From: Escherichia coli
GTDB taxonomy: Bacteria > Pseudomonadota > Gammaproteobacteria > Enterobacterales > Enterobacteriaceae
NCBI RefSeq assembly: GCF_041248615.1
Contig: NZ_CP158426.1
Strand: one strand, 5' to 3'
Length of the DNA: 64,000 bases
In this document: piece by piece, positions 1 to 11,367 of the stretch
How the letters are laid out: each line of letters starts with the position of its first letter
How positions within the stretch are numbered: position 1 is the first letter of the stretch
Made by a program: the position numbers and the translations under genes
Notes under the pieces: model-generated
Seen by the model: the letters and a program-made list of their open reading frames with translations, nothing else
What the model was told of the DNA's origin: nothing
Database searches by the model: none

Positions 1-1984
1 CCCGCTGTAAATGCTGCTCCAGCGTACCTGCCGCGCCTTCGTGCGGCTGCATCTCCGGCGCATCCATGATATTGGCATCGCCAGAACTACCCGGTTCGTC
101 ATACTCCAGTCGCTGCTGACAACGCTGAATGGCGATTTCACAAGACTGTAAATACTCTTGTGCCAGTTCAGATGGCAATGCCCGGTGTTCCCGCGCCAGC
201 GTGGTCATGGCATTAATATGCTCAACAATAAACTGGCTGTGCGTTACCCACAGTTTCATATCTGCCAGATAATGGCTGTTAAACGCCGGTTCCTGCATCG
301 CCTGATTCAATGAGTTATACAGAGTGTTATGCGCCTGATTTACCCGCATTCGCTGCCAGGCCAGTGGCGTAGGTTGCGGGTCCTCGCTCAGAATCAAGCG
401 AATCGCTTCCTGATAGGCTTCTAAAGCGTCATGGGCGTTCTTACGCAATAACCCGCTCTGCCACTGCGGCCACAGCCAGACAGTACCGCCGAAAGCAATT
501 AAACAACCAATAATGGTATCGATAAGACGTGGAAGGATGTACTGCTCACCGTTCAGCCACAACAGTTGCAGGGTATACACTGCGGTAATGGTAAAACCGA
601 CCGTCGCCCAGCCGTAGTTTTTGCGCAATATCAGGTAGCTGGCGAGGGTGGTAATCAGCATCAAGGTCAGGGTGTAACCTTCGGGAATTTTAAAGTGCAG
701 CGCCACGCCCGCAATGATTAACCCAACCACGGTTCCCACGGAGCGATTCACAATCCTCAGACGGGTTGCGCCATAGCCATTTTGCGTCACCAGCAATACC
801 GTCATCAGGATCCAGTACGACTTCGGCAGATGTAGCGCGGTGCCCATCAGGCTGGCAACGCTTAACATCACACTGAGTCGTCCGGCATTGCGTAGCGCCG
901 GAGACTTTAGTGACAGATAACTTTTCAGCGCCGGAAGTAACGGCATTCGCCGCTGTTTATCGGCCAGTAAGTCACGCGCATAGAGCGGTTTTTGGGTGCG
1001 CAGCACGCGGGCAATGCGGCTGAAGTGCCAATAGCAGAATTGCCCAACCGGATTATCCGGATGCTGGCGGGCGATTTTTTCCAGTGCGCCAATTTGCTTT
1101 TCCATCGTAAAACGCGTCGGCAGGCGATGGTAAAGAATGTCATCAGCCAGCACGCGCAGGCGAGCGGCGACGGTTTGCGCATTCCAGCGGATAACTTCCT
1201 CCGCATGGCTACGCTCGACCAGTTTTTGCACCTCTTCCGGCTGATGCAAACTGACCGAAATATGTTCCTGCAAATCCAGCGCCTCCTGGAAAATACGCAG
1301 CATCCGCTTGTAATCGGTATTATTTTGCGCGGAAAGCATATGCATTTGCTGATAGCACTGGGTAATTAGATCGACCGCTTTTTGCTGGCGCACCAGCAGC
1401 GGCGGCAGCGCTTTTTCAGGGTCGGTGTGCTGGGTAAGCAGGCTGTATTTGGCTTCACAATAATCTGCCAGTTCACGGTACAGCAGACTTAGTGACTCGC
1501 GCAGCGGTTGTTCGCGCCAGATCCAGAACCAAAACCAGTTAAACAATCCGTACCAGAGAGTGCCCAACGCATAGATGAGCAACGGTTCCCAGACCGGCAT
1601 GTATCCCGCCAGACTGAGGGTAAAAATGGCGGCGAGCAGCGATGCGGGAAGCAATTTTGCGTGCAATGGCCCCAGCTCAGCAGTGACGCCAAGTACCAGC
1701 GTTAATCCGGTCAGCAAAAAGGGCAGAGGAACATCTTTTGCCAGTAGTAGCTGTGTCAGCAAGCTACAGGTGGCAAACAGCGACGCACCAATGATTAAGC
1801 GTTTGAAAAAACGTTTATGAGGCGTATCAAGGCCCGCAATATTGCAACAAGCAGGAACGAGGGAGAAGAGCAGACCGAATCGTAATTCGCCAAGCATTAA
1901 CCCAACGGCCACGGGCAAACATAGCACCAGCGTTTGTCGAAGTGCATAGTTGATATCGGGGTGATAAATCAGTCTGCGCCACAT
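1..1984 (-). CDS. yhfK: YhfK inner-membrane protein, partial (C-terminal ~35 aa beyond window start)
   Basis: Reverse-strand translation from ATG at 1982..1984 gives MWRRLIYHPDINYALRQT...; reading frame is still open at position 1. Absent from the ORF track because the stop lies outside the window. Confidence 0.8.
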   Translation of the reverse strand, partial: MWRRLIYHPDINYALRQTLVLCLPVAVGLMLGELRFGLLFSLVPACCNIAGLDTPHKRFFKRLIIGASLFATCSLLTQLLLAKDVPLPFLLTGLTLVLGVTAELGPLHAKLLPASLLAAIFTLSLAGYMPVWEPLLIYALGTLWYGLFNWFWFWIWREQPLRESLSLLYRELADYCEAKYSLLTQHTDPEKALPPLLVRQQKAVDLITQCYQQMHMLSAQNNTDYKRMLRIFQEALDLQEHISVSLHQPEEVQKLVERSHAEEVIRWNAQTVAARLRVLADDILYHRLPTRFTMEKQIGALEKIARQHPDNPVGQFCYWHFSRIARVLRTQKPLYARDLLADKQRRMPLLPALKSYLSLKSPALRNAGRLSVMLSVASLMGTALHLPKSYWILMTVLLVTQNGYGATRLRIVNRSVGTVVGLIIAGVALHFKIPEGYTLTLMLITTLASYLILRKNYGWATVGFTITAVYTLQLLWLNGEQYILPRLIDTIIGCLIAFGGTVWLWPQWQSGLLRKNAHDALEAYQEAIRLILSEDPQPTPLAWQRMRVNQAHNTLYNSLNQAMQEPAFNSHYLADMKLWVTHSQFIVEHINAMTTLAREHRALPSELAQEYLQSCEIAIQRCQQRLEYDEPGSSGDANIMDAPEMQPHEGAAGTLEQHLQR

Positions 1985-2034
1985 CGGGGGAAACAAAATG
2001 GCGCGCTACCAGGTAACGCGCCACTCCGACGGGA

Positions 2035-2667
2035 TTAACGAGTGCCGTAAACGACGATGGTTTTACCGTGTGCGGAGATCAGGTTCTGATCTTCCAGCAT
2101 CTTCAGAATGCGTCCCACGGTTTCACGAGAACAGCCGACAATCTGACCAATTTCCTGACGGGTAATTTTGATTTGCATACCGTCCGGGTGAGTCATAGCA
2201 TCCGGTTGTTTTGCCAGGTTCAGCAGAGTCTGTGCAATGCGGCCCGTCACGTCGAGGAACGCCAGGTTGCCCACTTTCTCTGAAGTGACTTGCAGGCGAC
2301 GCGCCATCTGTGCAGACAGACGCATCAGAATGTCCGGGTTTACCTGAATCAATTGGCGAAATTTTTTGTACGAAATTTCAGCCACTTCACAGGCGGTTTT
2401 CGCACGTACCCATGCGCTACGTTCCTGGCCCTCTTCAAACAGGCCCAGTTCGCCAATAAAATCACCCTGATTCAGATAGGAGAGGATCATTTCTTTACCC
2501 TCTTCGTCTTTGATCAGCACTGCCACAGAGCCTTTAACGATGTAGTACAGCGTTTCCGCTTTTTCACCCTGGTGAATAAGCGTGCTCTTGGATGGGTACT
2601 TATGAATGTGGCAATGAGACAAGAACCATTCGAGAGTCGGGTCTGTTTGCGGTTTGCCAAGCACCAT
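2035..2667 (-). CDS. crp: cAMP receptor protein CRP (global transcription regulator)
   Basis: 210-aa [63 protein letters not shown]... matches CRP over its full length. Confidence 0.98.
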
Positions 2668-2968
2668 GCGCGGTTATCCTCTGTTATAAGCTTTCTCCAG
2701 AGCCAGATAACGCCGCTGTCTCTGGATTGCCGAAATATGCTTCCCGCTACCTGGGAAGGGGCTATCAACTGTACTGCACGGTAATGTGACGTCCTTTGCA
2801 TACATGCAGTACATCAATGTATTACTGTAGCATCCTGACTGTTTTAGCATAGCTTTCGCTTTGTGTCTCCTGGTGTCTCGCTTCAGCATGACCCAGGTCG
2901 CCTTCCGTTGCGCGATTTGGTTAGTACGCGTACTCTGTCAGGAAAATTGACGCAGTGGAGTAGCAAAA

Positions 2969-3373
2969 ATGCAAGCGCGAGTGAAGTGGGTCGAAGGGTT
3001 AACTTTTCTGGGCGAATCCGCCTCTGGTCACCAGATTTTAATGGACGGCAACTCAGGCGATAAAGCACCAAGTCCGATGGAAATGGTGTTGATGGCGGCG
3101 GGGGGTTGCAGTGCCATCGATGTGGTTTCTATTCTGCAAAAAGGGCGTCAGGATGTGGTCGATTGTGAAGTAAAATTGACCTCTGAACGCCGCGAAGAGG
3201 CACCACGCCTGTTTACGCACATTAATCTGCATTTTATCGTCACCGGTCGCGGCCTGAAAGACGCAGCGGTTGCGCGTGCGGTTGATCTCTCTGCCGAGAA
3301 ATATTGTTCAGTAGCGTTGATGCTGGAAAAAGCGGTGAATATTACTCACTCGTATGAAGTGGTTGCCGCGTGA
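2969..3373 (+). CDS. yhfA: OsmC-family protein YhfA
   Basis: 134-aa ORF divergent from crp; OsmC/Ohr-like size and conserved Cys pair; expected neighbour of crp. Confidence 0.85.
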   Translation: MQARVKWVEGLTFLGESASGHQILMDGNSGDKAPSPMEMVLMAAGGCSAIDVVSILQKGRQDVVDCEVKLTSERREEAPRLFTHINLHFIVTGRGLKDAAVARAVDLSAEKYCSVALMLEKAVNITHSYEVVAA

Positions 3374-3427
3374 TTTAACTATCCCGTTGTGAAGCCGGAT
3401 AGTATTTTATCCGGCGTAATCGCAGAG

Positions 3428-4297
3428 TTACTCGATTTTCTTTCCCTCCATCAATCGTTGCACCAGTGGCAGCATAATTAATTCCATTGCCAGACCCATT
3501 TTGCCGCCGGGCACCACTAACGTATTGATGTGGGAAATGAATGAGCCTTGCAACATCGCCAGTAGCCAGGGGAAATCGATCCCTTCCAGATTACGAAAAT
3601 GGATCACCACAAAGCTTTCATCCAGCGACGGGATAGCTTTTGCCGCGAACGGGTTTGAAGTGTCAACGGTGGGGACGCGCTGGAAGTTAAGATGGGTGCG
3701 GGAAAACTGCGGTGTGATGTAGTTGATATAGTCTTCCATTGAGCGCACTACTGAGTCCATCACTGCTTCTCGTGAGTGCCCGCGCTCGCTGGTGTCGCGG
3801 ATCAGTTTTTGAATCCACTCAAGGTTAACGATAGGCACCACGCCAACCAGTAAATCCACATGCTGCGCAACGTTATGCTGTGGCGTGACTACGCCGCCGT
3901 GTAAACCTTCATAAAACAGTACATCCGTGGGTTCCGGTAAAGGTTGCCAGGGGGTGAATGTCCCCGGTACCTGATTCCACGGTACGGCTTCATCGTAGGT
4001 ATGCAGATATTTGCGAGATTTCCCTTTGCCGCTCTGACCATATTCAATGAAGGTTTGTTCCAGCAGGCCAAAGTCGTTCGCTTCGGGGCCGAAGTAGCTG
4101 ATATGCCGCCCGGCGTCGCGCGCTTTGCGGATCGCCATGTCCATTTCCGGGCGGGTGTAACGGTGAAAACTGTCGCCTTCCACCTCAGCTGCATGCAGAT
4201 TTAACTGCGCGAATATTTTACGAAACGCGAGGCTGGTGGTGGTGGTCCCCGCGCCGCTGGATCCTGTTACCGCAATGACCGGATGTTTGGCAGACAT
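3428..4297 (-). CDS. prkB: phosphoribulokinase homolog PrkB
   Basis: 289-aa ORF with N-terminal P-loop AVTGSSGAGTTT; PRK/uridine-kinase family; conserved synteny. Confidence 0.9.
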   Translation of the reverse strand: MSAKHPVIAVTGSSGAGTTTTSLAFRKIFAQLNLHAAEVEGDSFHRYTRPEMDMAIRKARDAGRHISYFGPEANDFGLLEQTFIEYGQSGKGKSRKYLHTYDEAVPWNQVPGTFTPWQPLPEPTDVLFYEGLHGGVVTPQHNVAQHVDLLVGVVPIVNLEWIQKLIRDTSERGHSREAVMDSVVRSMEDYINYITPQFSRTHLNFQRVPTVDTSNPFAAKAIPSLDESFVVIHFRNLEGIDFPWLLAMLQGSFISHINTLVVPGGKMGLAMELIMLPLVQRLMEGKKIE

Positions 4298-4350
4298 AGT
4301 AACTCCATGACTTAGCTATCATTATTATCTCGTCCGCCGACGGTTGCAGG

Positions 4351-4569
4351 TTATTCGCGAAACTGACTGCGCGGCATAATATTGACCGTTTCGTGCAGCT
4401 CCGACCATACCAGCACCGCTTCTCCGCACTGTAGCTGGCGTTTGACGTCGGCGACTTTCTGTTCAAGTGTACGCTCATGTTCACCATAATCGGTGCCTTC
4501 ACGTAACACAAAGCTTTCAATTAAATTTTCCAGCGTTTCGGGGAAGAGGTCTTGCCACGGAATCAACAT
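4351..4569 (-). CDS. yheU: UPF0270 small protein YheU
   Basis: 72-aa [35 protein letters not shown]..., overlapping start of yheT by 7 nt. Confidence 0.85.
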   Translation of the reverse strand: MLIPWQDLFPETLENLIESFVLREGTDYGEHERTLEQKVADVKRQLQCGEAVLVWSELHETVNIMPRSQFRE

Positions 4570-5585
4570 GATTTCGCCTCCAGATACGTTGTTAACCAGT
4601 CAGGAATGCGTGACTCCAGCCACATTTGCGGATGAAGTAATGTACCGCCAATAAAGCCAACATGACCGCCATGTTCAGTCAGCTGATACTCCACCTGCGG
4701 GGGGAGACTTTCCGGTTTCGGGATCACCTGATGATCCATAAACGGATCGTCTTTGGCGTGAATAATCAGCGTCGGTTTGGCTATCCGATTGAGCATCGGC
4801 ATGGCGCTACACTGACGATAATAGTCGATAGCGTCAGCGTAGCCGTGAATTCTGGCGGTGATTAGATCGTCAAATTCACGGATGCGACGTACCGATTTTA
4901 ACTGCGCGAGATTAATCGGCAGTGTTCCGGGGTAGGCTGCCAGCTTGCGCGCGGCATTGGCTTTTAACAGGTTCAGCAAGTAACGCTGATAAACGCGGGA
5001 AAAGCCCTTTTCCATATGGTAACTACAGGCCTCCAGCATAAACGGCGCAGAGACAATCACCGCGGCATCAACCGGGAGATCATTGCCTTCTTTTGCCAGC
5101 AAACAGGCCAGCATATTACCGCCGAGCGAATAGCCGACAGCAGCCGTTGGCGCATGACCAAATTCGCGTTGCAGCCAGCGTAAAAACCAACTTGCGTCTT
5201 CGGTTTCGCCCGAATGGTAAATGCGGTGCATACGGTTTGGTTCACCGCTGCATCCGCGAAAATGCATCACCACACCCAGCCAGCCGCGCTTTTGCGCCGC
5301 CTCAACCAGACCGTGGGCGTAAGGGCTATTGAGACTGCCTTCCAGCCCGTGAAACACCACTAAACGCGGTTTATGACGCGCCTGTGCAGGGTCTTCACTC
5401 CACGCGAGATCGACAAAATCGCCGTCGGGCAACTCCAGTCGCTGCCAGTGCGGGGTGAATTTCACCTTGCGACGAAACAGACGCGGCAGCATAGTTTGTA
5501 GATGACAATTGCTAAAGCCGCGCATAGGGATGAATTCAGCACTGCTGCTGAATTCATTGGCATTGGTCGTCGTTATCTGCGCCAT
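4563..5585 (-). CDS. yheT: alpha/beta-fold hydrolase YheT
   Basis: 340-aa ORF with GYSLGG nucleophile-elbow motif; overlaps yheS stop. Confidence 0.9.
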   Translation of the reverse strand: MAQITTTNANEFSSSAEFIPMRGFSNCHLQTMLPRLFRRKVKFTPHWQRLELPDGDFVDLAWSEDPAQARHKPRLVVFHGLEGSLNSPYAHGLVEAAQKRGWLGVVMHFRGCSGEPNRMHRIYHSGETEDASWFLRWLQREFGHAPTAAVGYSLGGNMLACLLAKEGNDLPVDAAVIVSAPFMLEACSYHMEKGFSRVYQRYLLNLLKANAARKLAAYPGTLPINLAQLKSVRRIREFDDLITARIHGYADAIDYYRQCSAMPMLNRIAKPTLIIHAKDDPFMDHQVIPKPESLPPQVEYQLTEHGGHVGFIGGTLLHPQMWLESRIPDWLTTYLEAKSC

Positions 5586-7498
5586 CAGTTGCTTTGGCCT
5601 TCCAGCAGCATCTGCTCAAGCTGCTCCTGGGCTTCCAGCCACGCCATTTCGCACTCTTCCAGGCCGGATTTGGCGCTGGCTTGCTGTTGCAGGCAGGCGG
5701 TCAGTTCTGCTTTACGGCTTTGATCGTACAGTTCGCTGTCACCGAGTTTCTCTTCCGCCTGCGCCAGCTGTGCGTTCAGCTTTTCCATCTCTTTTTCCAG
5801 ACGGGCAATCTCTTTACGCAGTGGCTGGGTTTGCGCACGCAGCTCCGCTTCCCGACGCTTCTGATCTTTACGTGCCTGGGCGCTGTTCGCGTTCTCTTTT
5901 GGCGCTTCGTCGGTCTGGTTTTCCTGCTTTTGTACGTCGCTCAACCACTGTTGATAATCTTCCAGATCGCCGTCGAACGGTTCGACTTTACGATCGTGAA
6001 CCAGGTAGAGATCGTCAGTGGTGGAACGCAGCAAATGACGGTCGTGCGAGACGACAACCAGCGCGCCTTCGAACTCGATCAATGCTTCGGTGAGTGCCTG
6101 ACGCATGTCGAGGTCAAGGTGGTTAGTCGGTTCGTCGAGCAGCAGCAGATTCGGACGCTGCCAGACGATTAATGCCAGCACCAGGCGGGCTTTTTCCCCA
6201 CCGGAAAAGCGGCGCGTTTCTTCCGTCACTTTATCGCCCTGGAAACCAAAGCCGCCGAGGTAGTCACGCAGTTTTTGTTCCAGTTCCTGCGGCGCTAAAC
6301 GTGCCAGATGTTGAATAGGCGATTCGTCGGCGCGCAGGTATTCCAGTTGATGCTGGGCGAAGTAGCCGAGCTTGATCCCTTTCGCCAGACCAATTTCACC
6401 GCTGACTGGCGCAAGTTCACCGGCTAACAGTTTGATTAATGTCGATTTACCCGCGCCGTTGCGGCCTAGCAAACCAATGCGCGAGCCGGGGACCAGATTC
6501 AGTTTAATCGAGTCGAGAATAATGCGATCACCATAGCCTGCGCTGACTTTTTCCATCTTTAATAACGGATTAGGCAGGCTTTCCGGCGCGCGGAAGCTAA
6601 AACGAAACGGGTTGTCAACGTGCGCCGGGGCAATCAGCTCCATACGCTCGAGCATCTTAATGCGGCTCTGGGCCTGCTTCGCTTTGGTGGCTTTGGCACG
6701 GAAACGGTCGATATAACTTTGCAGATGCGCCACGCGTTCCTGCTGGCTTTCGTACATCGCTTGTTGCTGCGCCAGACGGGTGGCGCGCTGTACTTCAAAC
6801 GAACTGTAGTTGCCGGTGTACTCGAACATGCTTTGTTGTTCGATATGAATAATTTTATCGACGATCGGATCGAGGAAATCGCGGTCGTGAGAGATCAGGA
6901 TCAGCGTGCCCTGATAGCTCTTCAGCCATTTTTCCAGCCAGATAACGGCATCGAGATCGAGGTGGTTAGTCGGTTCGTCGAGCAGCAGCAAGTCTGAACG
7001 GCAAATCAGCGCCTGGGCAAGGTTAAGACGCATACGCCAGCCACCGGAGAAATCACTTACCGGACGCTCGAGTTGTTCATTGCTGAAACCGAGGCCGTGC
7101 AACAGACTTGCGGCGCGGGAGCGAATACTCCATGCGTCAATAGCATCCAGCTTGCCATGAATGGTCGCAATGGCGTGCCCGTCGTTACGTTCGTTGGCGT
7201 CGCGTAGCTGCGCTTCCAGTTGGCGATATTCACGGTCGCCGTCAATGACATATTCCAGCGCTGCTTGCGGTAACGCCGGCGTTTCCTGATTCACCCACGC
7301 CAGTTGCCAGCTTCCCGGAAAGGTGTAGCTGCCGCCGTCGGCGCTGAGTTCATTTTTCAGCAATGCCAGCAGGGTAGATTTACCACAGCCGTTTTTACCC
7401 ACCAGGCCGACTTTCTGCCCGGGGTTGATGGTGGCGGTGGCATTATCCAGCAGGACGCGCACGCCGCGACGAATTTGTAACGAGGAGAAAACAATCAT
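5585..7498 (-). CDS. yheS: ABC-F family ATPase YheS (two tandem ABC domains, no membrane domain)
   Basis: 637-aa ORF with two Walker A motifs (GKNGCGKST, GRNGAGKST), two LSGG signatures and a C-terminal coiled-coil tail. Confidence 0.92.
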   Translation of the reverse strand: MIVFSSLQIRRGVRVLLDNATATINPGQKVGLVGKNGCGKSTLLALLKNELSADGGSYTFPGSWQLAWVNQETPALPQAALEYVIDGDREYRQLEAQLRDANERNDGHAIATIHGKLDAIDAWSIRSRAASLLHGLGFSNEQLERPVSDFSGGWRMRLNLAQALICRSDLLLLDEPTNHLDLDAVIWLEKWLKSYQGTLILISHDRDFLDPIVDKIIHIEQQSMFEYTGNYSSFEVQRATRLAQQQAMYESQQERVAHLQSYIDRFRAKATKAKQAQSRIKMLERMELIAPAHVDNPFRFSFRAPESLPNPLLKMEKVSAGYGDRIILDSIKLNLVPGSRIGLLGRNGAGKSTLIKLLAGELAPVSGEIGLAKGIKLGYFAQHQLEYLRADESPIQHLARLAPQELEQKLRDYLGGFGFQGDKVTEETRRFSGGEKARLVLALIVWQRPNLLLLDEPTNHLDLDMRQALTEALIEFEGALVVVSHDRHLLRSTTDDLYLVHDRKVEPFDGDLEDYQQWLSDVQKQENQTDEAPKENANSAQARKDQKRREAELRAQTQPLRKEIARLEKEMEKLNAQLAQAEEKLGDSELYDQSRKAELTACLQQQASAKSGLEECEMAWLEAQEQLEQMLLEGQSN

Positions 7499-7625
7499 AA
7501 GGTGCCGTATGTTCAGACTATGTTAACTTATCATTATGATAATGTAATGTATGGGCGAGCTGCCGCACCGGGCGCAATGGTAGCCCAAAACAGCGACTAT
7601 ACACAAAAACCATACCGGGAGGGGG

Positions 7626-8180
7626 ATGATGTCTCAGCCAGCGAAAGTTTTGCTGCTGTATGCCCATCCGGAATCTCAGGACTCGGTGGCAAACCGGGTA
7701 CTGCTTAAACCGGCCACGCAGCTCAGCAATGTTACCGTGCACGACCTTTACGCGCACTATCCCGATTTTTTTATTGATATCCCCCGTGAGCAGGCATTAC
7801 TGCGCGAGCACGAGGTGATTGTCTTTCAGCATCCTCTTTATACCTATAGCTGCCCGGCGCTACTGAAAGAGTGGCTGGACCGGGTATTAAGCCGTGGTTT
7901 TGCCAGCGGGCCGGGAGGAAACCAACTGGCGGGAAAGTACTGGCGTAGCGTGATTACCACCGGCGAGCCGGAAAGTGCTTACCGTTATGACGCCTTGAAT
8001 CGCTACCCGATGAGCGATGTTCTGCGCCCCTTTGAACTAGCGGCGGGCATGTGCCGGATGCATTGGTTGAGTCCCATCATTATTTACTGGGCGAGACGGC
8101 AAAGCGCACAGGAGCTGGCGAGTCACGCCAGAGCCTACGGTGACTGGCTGGCAAATCCGCTGTCTCCAGGAGGCCGCTGA
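7626..8180 (+). CDS. kefG: KefG, quinone-oxidoreductase-like ancillary subunit of KefB
   Basis: 184-aa [23 protein letters not shown]..., stop overlaps kefB start (ATGA). Confidence 0.92.
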
Positions 8181-9985
8181 TGGAAGGTTCCGATTTTTTA
8201 CTCGCAGGAGTGTTGTTTCTCTTCGCGGCGGTGGCTGCGGTGCCGCTGGCATCGCGGCTGGGTATTGGCGCTGTGTTGGGATATTTGCTGGCAGGGATTG
8301 CAATTGGCCCGTGGGGGCTGGGTTTTATTAGCGACGTCGATGAGATCCTCCACTTTTCGGAACTCGGCGTGGTGTTCCTGATGTTTATCATCGGCCTGGA
8401 GTTGAATCCCTCCAAGCTTTGGCAATTGCGGCGTTCGATTTTTGGCGTAGGTGCGGCACAGGTGCTGTTAAGCGCGGCGTTGCTGGCGGGATTATTGATG
8501 CTGACGGATTTCGCCTGGCAGGCGGCGGTGGTCGGTGGTATTGGCCTTGCGATGTCCTCAACCGCAATGGCGTTGCAACTGATGCGTGAGAAAGGGATGA
8601 ATCGCAGCGAATCCGGCCAGCTCGGGTTTTCGGTTCTGCTGTTTCAGGATCTGGCAGTGATCCCGGCACTGGCGTTAGTGCCGTTGTTGGCGGGTTCGGC
8701 AGACGAACATTTCGACTGGATGAAGATCGGCATGAAGGTGCTGGCGTTTGTCGGCATGCTGATTGGCGGGCGCTATTTACTGCGTCCGGTATTCCGCTTT
8801 ATTGCAGCTTCTGGCGTGCGGGAAGTGTTCACCGCCGCGACGTTGCTGCTGGTGTTGGGTTCCGCATTGTTTATGGATGCGCTGGGGCTGTCGATGGCGC
8901 TCGGTACGTTTATTGCGGGCGTGTTGCTGGCAGAAAGCGAATATCGCCACGAACTGGAAACAGCTATCGACCCGTTTAAGGGGTTGCTGCTCGGGCTATT
9001 TTTTATCTCGGTCGGAATGTCGCTCAACCTCGGGGTGCTTTATACCCATCTGTTGTGGGTGGTGTTAAGCGTTATTGTGCTGGTGGCAGTGAAAATTCTC
9101 GTGCTGTATCTGCTGGCGCGATTGTATGGCGTGCGTAGCTCAGAGCGGATGCAGTTTGCTGGCGTGTTGAGTCAGGGCGGTGAGTTTGCCTTTGTGCTCT
9201 TTTCTACTGCTTCTTCGCAACGGTTGTTTCAGGGCGACCAGATGGCGCTATTGCTGGTGACGGTAACGCTTTCCATGATGACCACGCCGCTGCTGATGAA
9301 GCTGGTGGATAAATGGCTATCCCGCCAGTTTAACGGACCGGAAGAAGAAGACGAAAAACCGTGGGTCAACGATGATAAACCGCAGGTCATTGTCGTGGGC
9401 TTCGGGCGTTTTGGGCAGGTGATTGGTCGTTTGCTGATGGCAAATAAAATGCGCATTACTGTGCTGGAGCGGGATATCAGCGCCGTTAACCTGATGCGCA
9501 AATATGGCTACAAAGTTTATTACGGCGACGCCACGCAGGTCGATCTTTTACGTTCTGCGGGTGCAGAGGCCGCTGAGTCTATCGTCATTACCTGTAACGA
9601 GCCGGAAGACACCATGAAGCTGGTGGAAATATGCCAGCAGCACTTTCCGCATTTGCATATTCTTGCGCGAGCGCGCGGACGTGTGGAAGCGCATGAGTTA
9701 TTACAGGCAGGGGTGACGCAGTTTTCCCGTGAAACATTCTCCAGTGCGTTAGAGCTGGGGCGCAAGACGCTGGTCACGCTTGGCATGCATCCGCATCAGG
9801 CACAGCGGGCGCAACTGCATTTTCGCCGCCTGGATATGCGGATGCTGCGAGAGCTCATCCCAATGCATGCCGATACCGTACAAATTTCTCGCGCCAGGGA
9901 AGCCCGACGCGAACTGGAAGAGATTTTCCAGCGTGAAATGCAACAAGAACGACGCCAGCTGGACGGCTGGGATGAATTTGAGTAG
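8180..9985 (+). CDS. kefB: glutathione-gated K+ efflux system KefB
   Basis: 601-aa ORF: N-terminal Na+/H+-exchanger-like membrane domain plus C-terminal KTN/RCK domain ([10 protein letters not shown]). Confidence 0.95.
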   Translation: MEGSDFLLAGVLFLFAAVAAVPLASRLGIGAVLGYLLAGIAIGPWGLGFISDVDEILHFSELGVVFLMFIIGLELNPSKLWQLRRSIFGVGAAQVLLSAALLAGLLMLTDFAWQAAVVGGIGLAMSSTAMALQLMREKGMNRSESGQLGFSVLLFQDLAVIPALALVPLLAGSADEHFDWMKIGMKVLAFVGMLIGGRYLLRPVFRFIAASGVREVFTAATLLLVLGSALFMDALGLSMALGTFIAGVLLAESEYRHELETAIDPFKGLLLGLFFISVGMSLNLGVLYTHLLWVVLSVIVLVAVKILVLYLLARLYGVRSSERMQFAGVLSQGGEFAFVLFSTASSQRLFQGDQMALLLVTVTLSMMTTPLLMKLVDKWLSRQFNGPEEEDEKPWVNDDKPQVIVVGFGRFGQVIGRLLMANKMRITVLERDISAVNLMRKYGYKVYYGDATQVDLLRSAGAEAAESIVITCNEPEDTMKLVEICQQHFPHLHILARARGRVEAHELLQAGVTQFSRETFSSALELGRKTLVTLGMHPHQAQRAQLHFRRLDMRMLRELIPMHADTVQISRAREARRELEEIFQREMQQERRQLDGWDEFE

Positions 9986-9994
9986 AGGGTAAAG

Positions 9995-10195
9995 ATGGCA
10001 ATCCGAAAACGTTTTATTGCGGGCGCAAAATGCCCGGCCTGTCAGGCGCAGGATTCAATGGCGATGTGGCGCGAAAATAATATTGATATTGTTGAATGTG
10101 TTAAGTGCGGACATCAGATGCGAGAAGCAGACAAAGAAGCCCGCGATCACGTTCGCAAAGATGAGCAAGTGATCGGGATTTTTCATCCGGACTAG
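9995..10195 (+). CDS. yheV: zinc-ribbon small protein YheV
   Basis: 66-aa ORF with CPAC...CVKCGH motifs immediately after kefB. Confidence 0.8.
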   Translation: MAIRKRFIAGAKCPACQAQDSMAMWRENNIDIVECVKCGHQMREADKEARDHVRKDEQVIGIFHPD

Positions 10196-10289
10196 CGATA
10201 TGCGCCGAGTTTTTTTAAGCTAGTGAGTACACGGCTGCAGAATTCCGCTACAATCTGCGCCACTATTCTTCCCATGCTCAGGAGATATC

Positions 10290-10880
10290 ATGAAAGTAGC
10301 AAAAGACCTGGTGGTCAGCCTGGCCTATCAGGTACGTACAGAAGACGGTGTGTTGGTTGATGAGTCTCCGGTGAGTGCGCCGCTGGACTACCTGCATGGT
10401 CACGGTTCCCTGATCTCTGGCCTGGAAACGGCGCTGGAAGGTCACGAAGTTGGCGACAAATTTGATGTCGCTGTTGGCGCGAACGACGCTTACGGTCAGT
10501 ACGACGAAAACCTGGTGCAACGCGTTCCTAAAGACGTATTTATGGGCGTTGATGAACTGCAGGTAGGTATGCGTTTCCTGGCTGAAACCGACCAGGGTCC
10601 GGTACCGGTTGAAATCACTGCGGTTGAAGACGATCACGTCGTGGTTGATGGTAACCACATGCTGGCCGGTCAGAACCTGAAATTCAACGTTGAAGTTGTG
10701 GCGATTCGCGAAGCGACTGAAGAAGAACTGGCTCATGGCCACGTTCACGGTGCGCACGATCATCACCACGATCACGACCACGACGGTTGCTGCGGTGGTC
10801 ATGGCCACGATCACGGTCATGAACACGGTGGCGAAGGCTGCTGCGGCGGTAAAGGTAACGGCGGTTGCGGTTGCCACTAA
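10290..10880 (+). CDS. slyD: FKBP-type peptidyl-prolyl isomerase SlyD with His/Cys-rich metal-binding tail
   Basis: 196-aa ORF MKVAKDLVVSLAYQVRTEDGVLVDESP...; C-terminus HGHVHGAHDHHHDHDHDGCCGGHGHDHGHEHGGEGCCGG. Confidence 0.96.
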   Translation: MKVAKDLVVSLAYQVRTEDGVLVDESPVSAPLDYLHGHGSLISGLETALEGHEVGDKFDVAVGANDAYGQYDENLVQRVPKDVFMGVDELQVGMRFLAETDQGPVPVEITAVEDDHVVVDGNHMLAGQNLKFNVEVVAIREATEEELAHGHVHGAHDHHHDHDHDGCCGGHGHDHGHEHGGEGCCGGKGNGGCGCH

Positions 10881-10898
10881 TACCGAAAAAGTGACAAA

Positions 10899-10923
10899 AA
10901 AGCGGGGAATCCCCGCTTTTTTT
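10899..10923. terminator. bidirectional rho-independent terminator between convergent slyD and slyX
   Basis: aaaagcggggaatccccgctttttt: GC stem flanked by A and T runs on both sides. Confidence 0.7.
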
Positions 10924-10928
10924 ACGCC

Positions 10929-11147
10929 TCAATAATGTGGCGGTGGCGTTTCTTCAGCCTGCGACGCGATGTTCGACGGCTGGCTGGCTTTTAGCTTCTC
11001 GGTCAGCAGACGCAGATGATCGCGCAGTTTCGCCATCTCCATTTCATGAGCGGTCACCGTGACGTTCAGTTCTTCAATGGTGATTTCCTGAAAAGCCAGT
11101 CGGCTCTCCAGCTCTGCCAGGCGTGCTTCCAATGATAAATCCTGCAT
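10929..11147 (-). CDS. slyX: SlyX small coiled-coil protein
   Basis: 72-aa [32 protein letters not shown]... Confidence 0.88.
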
Positions 11148-11367
11148 GATTCACCTCTTTTGTCGAATGGTCGCCGCGGATTCTACTTAACTTTGCTGCC
11201 CGAGACAGCACTCATTTCGCGGTCATCGAAACTAATTTAAACAAAAAGAGTCTGAAAATAGATGATAATAGGGCGTGTCTGTATGTAGATTTGTTCGACA
11301 ACGCTTTATAGTACCCTTCTGATAATAGTTAACCCTGGGGTGAGATGCCCCGATCCTGGAGATATGG

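Noticed and set aside
5509-6172. Two overlapping ~190-aa plus-strand ORFs inside yheS
   Set aside because: Antisense to the ABC-F gene; low-complexity translations, no start context.
10278-10877. 199-aa minus-strand ORF antisense to slyD
   Set aside because: Mirror image of the His/Asp-rich slyD tail (runs of V/M/T/A); no independent signals.
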